A stretch of DNA of 51,131 bases from an uncultured Thiosulfatimonas sp. (lineage in GTDB: Bacteria; Pseudomonadota; Gammaproteobacteria; Thiomicrospirales; Thiomicrospiraceae). The notes beneath the pieces were generated by a model that was not told where the DNA came from, searched no databases, and worked only from the letters and a program-made list of their open reading frames with translations. The stretch is taken from the NCBI GenBank assembly GCA_964574275.1, contig CAZNML010000003.1:1-51131 (forward strand), read 5' to 3'. The position numbers and the translations under genes are program-made. Numbering within the stretch: position 1 is the stretch's first letter; each line of letters opens with the position of its first letter. Shown here piece after piece: positions 48,366-51,131 of the stretch.

Positions 48366-49280
48366 ATGACAGCAGCGGTTAAGTTTGATCAGGTGGTTAA
48401 ACGTTATGATGAGTTTGAAGCTCTGAAAGGCATCTCTTTTGAGGTGGAACAGGGCGCTTTCTTTGGACTGCTTGGGCCCAATGGTGCGGGAAAATCGACG
48501 CTGATTAATGCCATGTCCGGTTTGGTGACACCAAGCTCCGGCTCGATTCAGGTGCAGGGCTTTGATGTGATTGAGGATTATCGTCAGACGCGTCGCCGAC
48601 TCGGTTTGGTACCACAGGAGCTGATTGCCGATCCATTCTTCTCGATACGTGAACTGCTACAGATGCAATCAGGTTATTACGGGCTGAAAGGGCCGCAGCA
48701 GCAGAAGTGGATTGATGAGCTGTTGGAGCGTCTGGCCTTAACGGATAAAGCAAATGCCATCACCAATCAACTGTCGGGCGGTATGAAACGCCGTGTACTG
48801 ATCGCCATGGCATTGGTGCATAAACCGCAAGTGCTGGTGCTGGATGAGCCGACCGCGGGGGTCGATGTCGATCTGCGTCATACCTTGTGGGAGTTTACCA
48901 AGGAGTTGCATCAAAAGGGGCATACCATTATTTTGACCACGCACTATCTGGAGGAGGCGGAAGCTCTATGTGAACAGGTGGCGATTATGCAGTTGGGCGA
49001 AGTCAAGGCGCTGGATAACACCGCCGACCTGTTGGCGACCCACCCATTCCGCTATATTCGCGTCTCGCTCGAAGAGCAGAATGCGATATTAAGCCCGGAG
49101 TTGTCATCGCGTCTGGTGGAGTCGGATGCCTCCGGCCACCTGTTTAAGATGGAGAACGAGCTGAGCATGTCAGCGATGCTGGGTATGATTCACCAGAGTG
49201 GCCTGCATGTAAAAGATATTCGCAGCCGCGATGCCACTCTGGAAGAGGTGTTTATGGACTTAACAGGGGCGCAGTCATGA
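48366..49280 (+). CDS. ABC-2 type transporter ATP-binding protein (YadG-like)
   Basis: GPNGAGKST, LSGGMKRRV, LDEPTAGVD, LTTHYLEEAE. Confidence 0.92.
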   Translation: MTAAVKFDQVVKRYDEFEALKGISFEVEQGAFFGLLGPNGAGKSTLINAMSGLVTPSSGSIQVQGFDVIEDYRQTRRRLGLVPQELIADPFFSIRELLQMQSGYYGLKGPQQQKWIDELLERLALTDKANAITNQLSGGMKRRVLIAMALVHKPQVLVLDEPTAGVDVDLRHTLWEFTKELHQKGHTIILTTHYLEEAEALCEQVAIMQLGEVKALDNTADLLATHPFRYIRVSLEEQNAILSPELSSRLVESDASGHLFKMENELSMSAMLGMIHQSGLHVKDIRSRDATLEEVFMDLTGAQS

Positions 49281-50047
49281 GGCAGTTCAATTTTGCGGGC
49301 TGTTGGGCCCTGTTTATTAAAGAGGTTAAGCGCTTCTATTCGGTGGTGGTGCAGACTGTATTTGCGCCGGTAGTGTCTACACTGCTGTATCTGTTGGTAT
49401 TTGGGCATGTGATTGATACTCAATTGGAGACCTTTTCTGGATTGAATTACAGTCAATTTCTGATTCCTGGTCTGGTGATGATGGCGATTCTACAAAATGC
49501 CTTTGCCAATACCTCATCCAGTCTGATTCAGTCGAAAATGCACGGTAACTTGACCTTTGTTTTATTGAGCCCGATCTCTCCGCTGGAATTTTATATCGCT
49601 TTTATTGCCGCTTCGGTAGTGCGTGGTTTGGCTGTCGGTGTTGGGATCTTGATTATCGGCATGCTCGGCTTTGATCTGACGATTCAGTCCGGTCTGTGGG
49701 TGTTGCTGTTTGCGATCTTAAGTGCGGCGATGATGGGCGGTTTAGGGATGCTGGCCGGTATTCTGTCTGATAAATACGATCAGCTGGCTGCTTTTCAGAA
49801 TTTCATTATTATGCCGTTGACCTTTTTGAGCGGGGTGTTTTATTCGATTCATGCTTTGCCTGAGTTCTGGCAAACGGCTTCGCACTTTAATCCGTTTTTC
49901 TATATGGTGGATGGGTTTCGTTATGGGTTTTTTCAGCAATCTGACGTATCAATTTATATGAGTTTGCTGGTTACAACCCTGTTCTTAATTCTGATCACTG
50001 CGATAAATCTGATTTTATTGAATAAAGGCGTTAAAATACGCAAGTAA
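49277..50047 (+). CDS. ABC-2 type transporter permease (YadH-like)
   Basis: KEVKRF, FLIPGLVMM, PLTFLSGVFYSI, NPFFYMVDGFRYGF. Confidence 0.92.
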   Translation: MRQFNFAGCWALFIKEVKRFYSVVVQTVFAPVVSTLLYLLVFGHVIDTQLETFSGLNYSQFLIPGLVMMAILQNAFANTSSSLIQSKMHGNLTFVLLSPISPLEFYIAFIAASVVRGLAVGVGILIIGMLGFDLTIQSGLWVLLFAILSAAMMGGLGMLAGILSDKYDQLAAFQNFIIMPLTFLSGVFYSIHALPEFWQTASHFNPFFYMVDGFRYGFFQQSDVSIYMSLLVTTLFLILITAINLILLNKGVKIRK

Positions 50048-50067
50048 AATTTTTTGGAAAAGAAAAT

Positions 50068-50286
50068 ATGTCACCTGAAAAGATTAAAGAGATGATTCAA
50101 AACGCAATTCCTGACAGCCAAGTAGAGATGTCAGGAGCCGACTGTAACTTTGCTGTCACTGTGACCAGCTCAAGTTTTGAAGGTAAGAGTCCTTTGCAGA
50201 AACATCGTATGGTGAATGATATTTTTAAAGCCGAATTTGAGAGTGGTGAGCTGCACGCACTGTCAATTAAAACAAAAAATGCCTAG
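50068..50286 (+). CDS. BolA/IbaG family protein
   Basis: FEGKSPLQKHRMV, LHALSIKT; upstream of murA. Confidence 0.9.
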   Translation: MSPEKIKEMIQNAIPDSQVEMSGADCNFAVTVTSSSFEGKSPLQKHRMVNDIFKAEFESGELHALSIKTKNA

Positions 50287-50308
50287 ACGCTTGAAATTGG
50301 ATAACTAA

Positions 50309-51131
<823 letters not shown>

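Overview
Chromosomal window of a marine gammaproteobacterium. Gene order and protein style suggest a Thiomicrorhabdus/Hydrogenovibrio-like sulfur oxidiser, but this is inference only. Core blocks: dsbD-aroQ-accB-accC-prmA-dusB-fis-purH (minus strand); tRNA-Ser/tRNA-Gly/SRP RNA-dnaX-ybaB-recR; yrbG-kdsC-lptCAB-hpf-mgtE; and mlaFEDCB-ABC pair-bolA-murA (partial). The accessory middle (10.7-32.2 kb) encodes a FadL-type outer-membrane channel, a DUF302 lipoprotein, a TolC/MFP/RND exporter, a GlcG/HbpS-like protein and a 10-gene Tad/Flp pilus operon with no prepilin peptidase, ending in a Cys/Met-rich pilin-like protein. Main unexplained signals: (1) the palindrome CAGGCCTG occurs at least 18 times (about 0.8 expected), often extended to 16-24 bp palindromes between genes; (2) a 20-bp ATATWAG-N6-CTWATAT operator-like box flanks the tolC promoter and recurs upstream of the Tad operon and more weakly the DUF302 gene, hinting at one co-regulated surface-attachment/transport system; (3) a strong intrinsic terminator sits inside the putative tolC leader; (4) DsbD has a duplicated N-terminal redox domain; (5) rpoN, ptsN-rapZ-npr and kdsD are missing from their usual positions. 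No mobile element or CRISPR array was seen.
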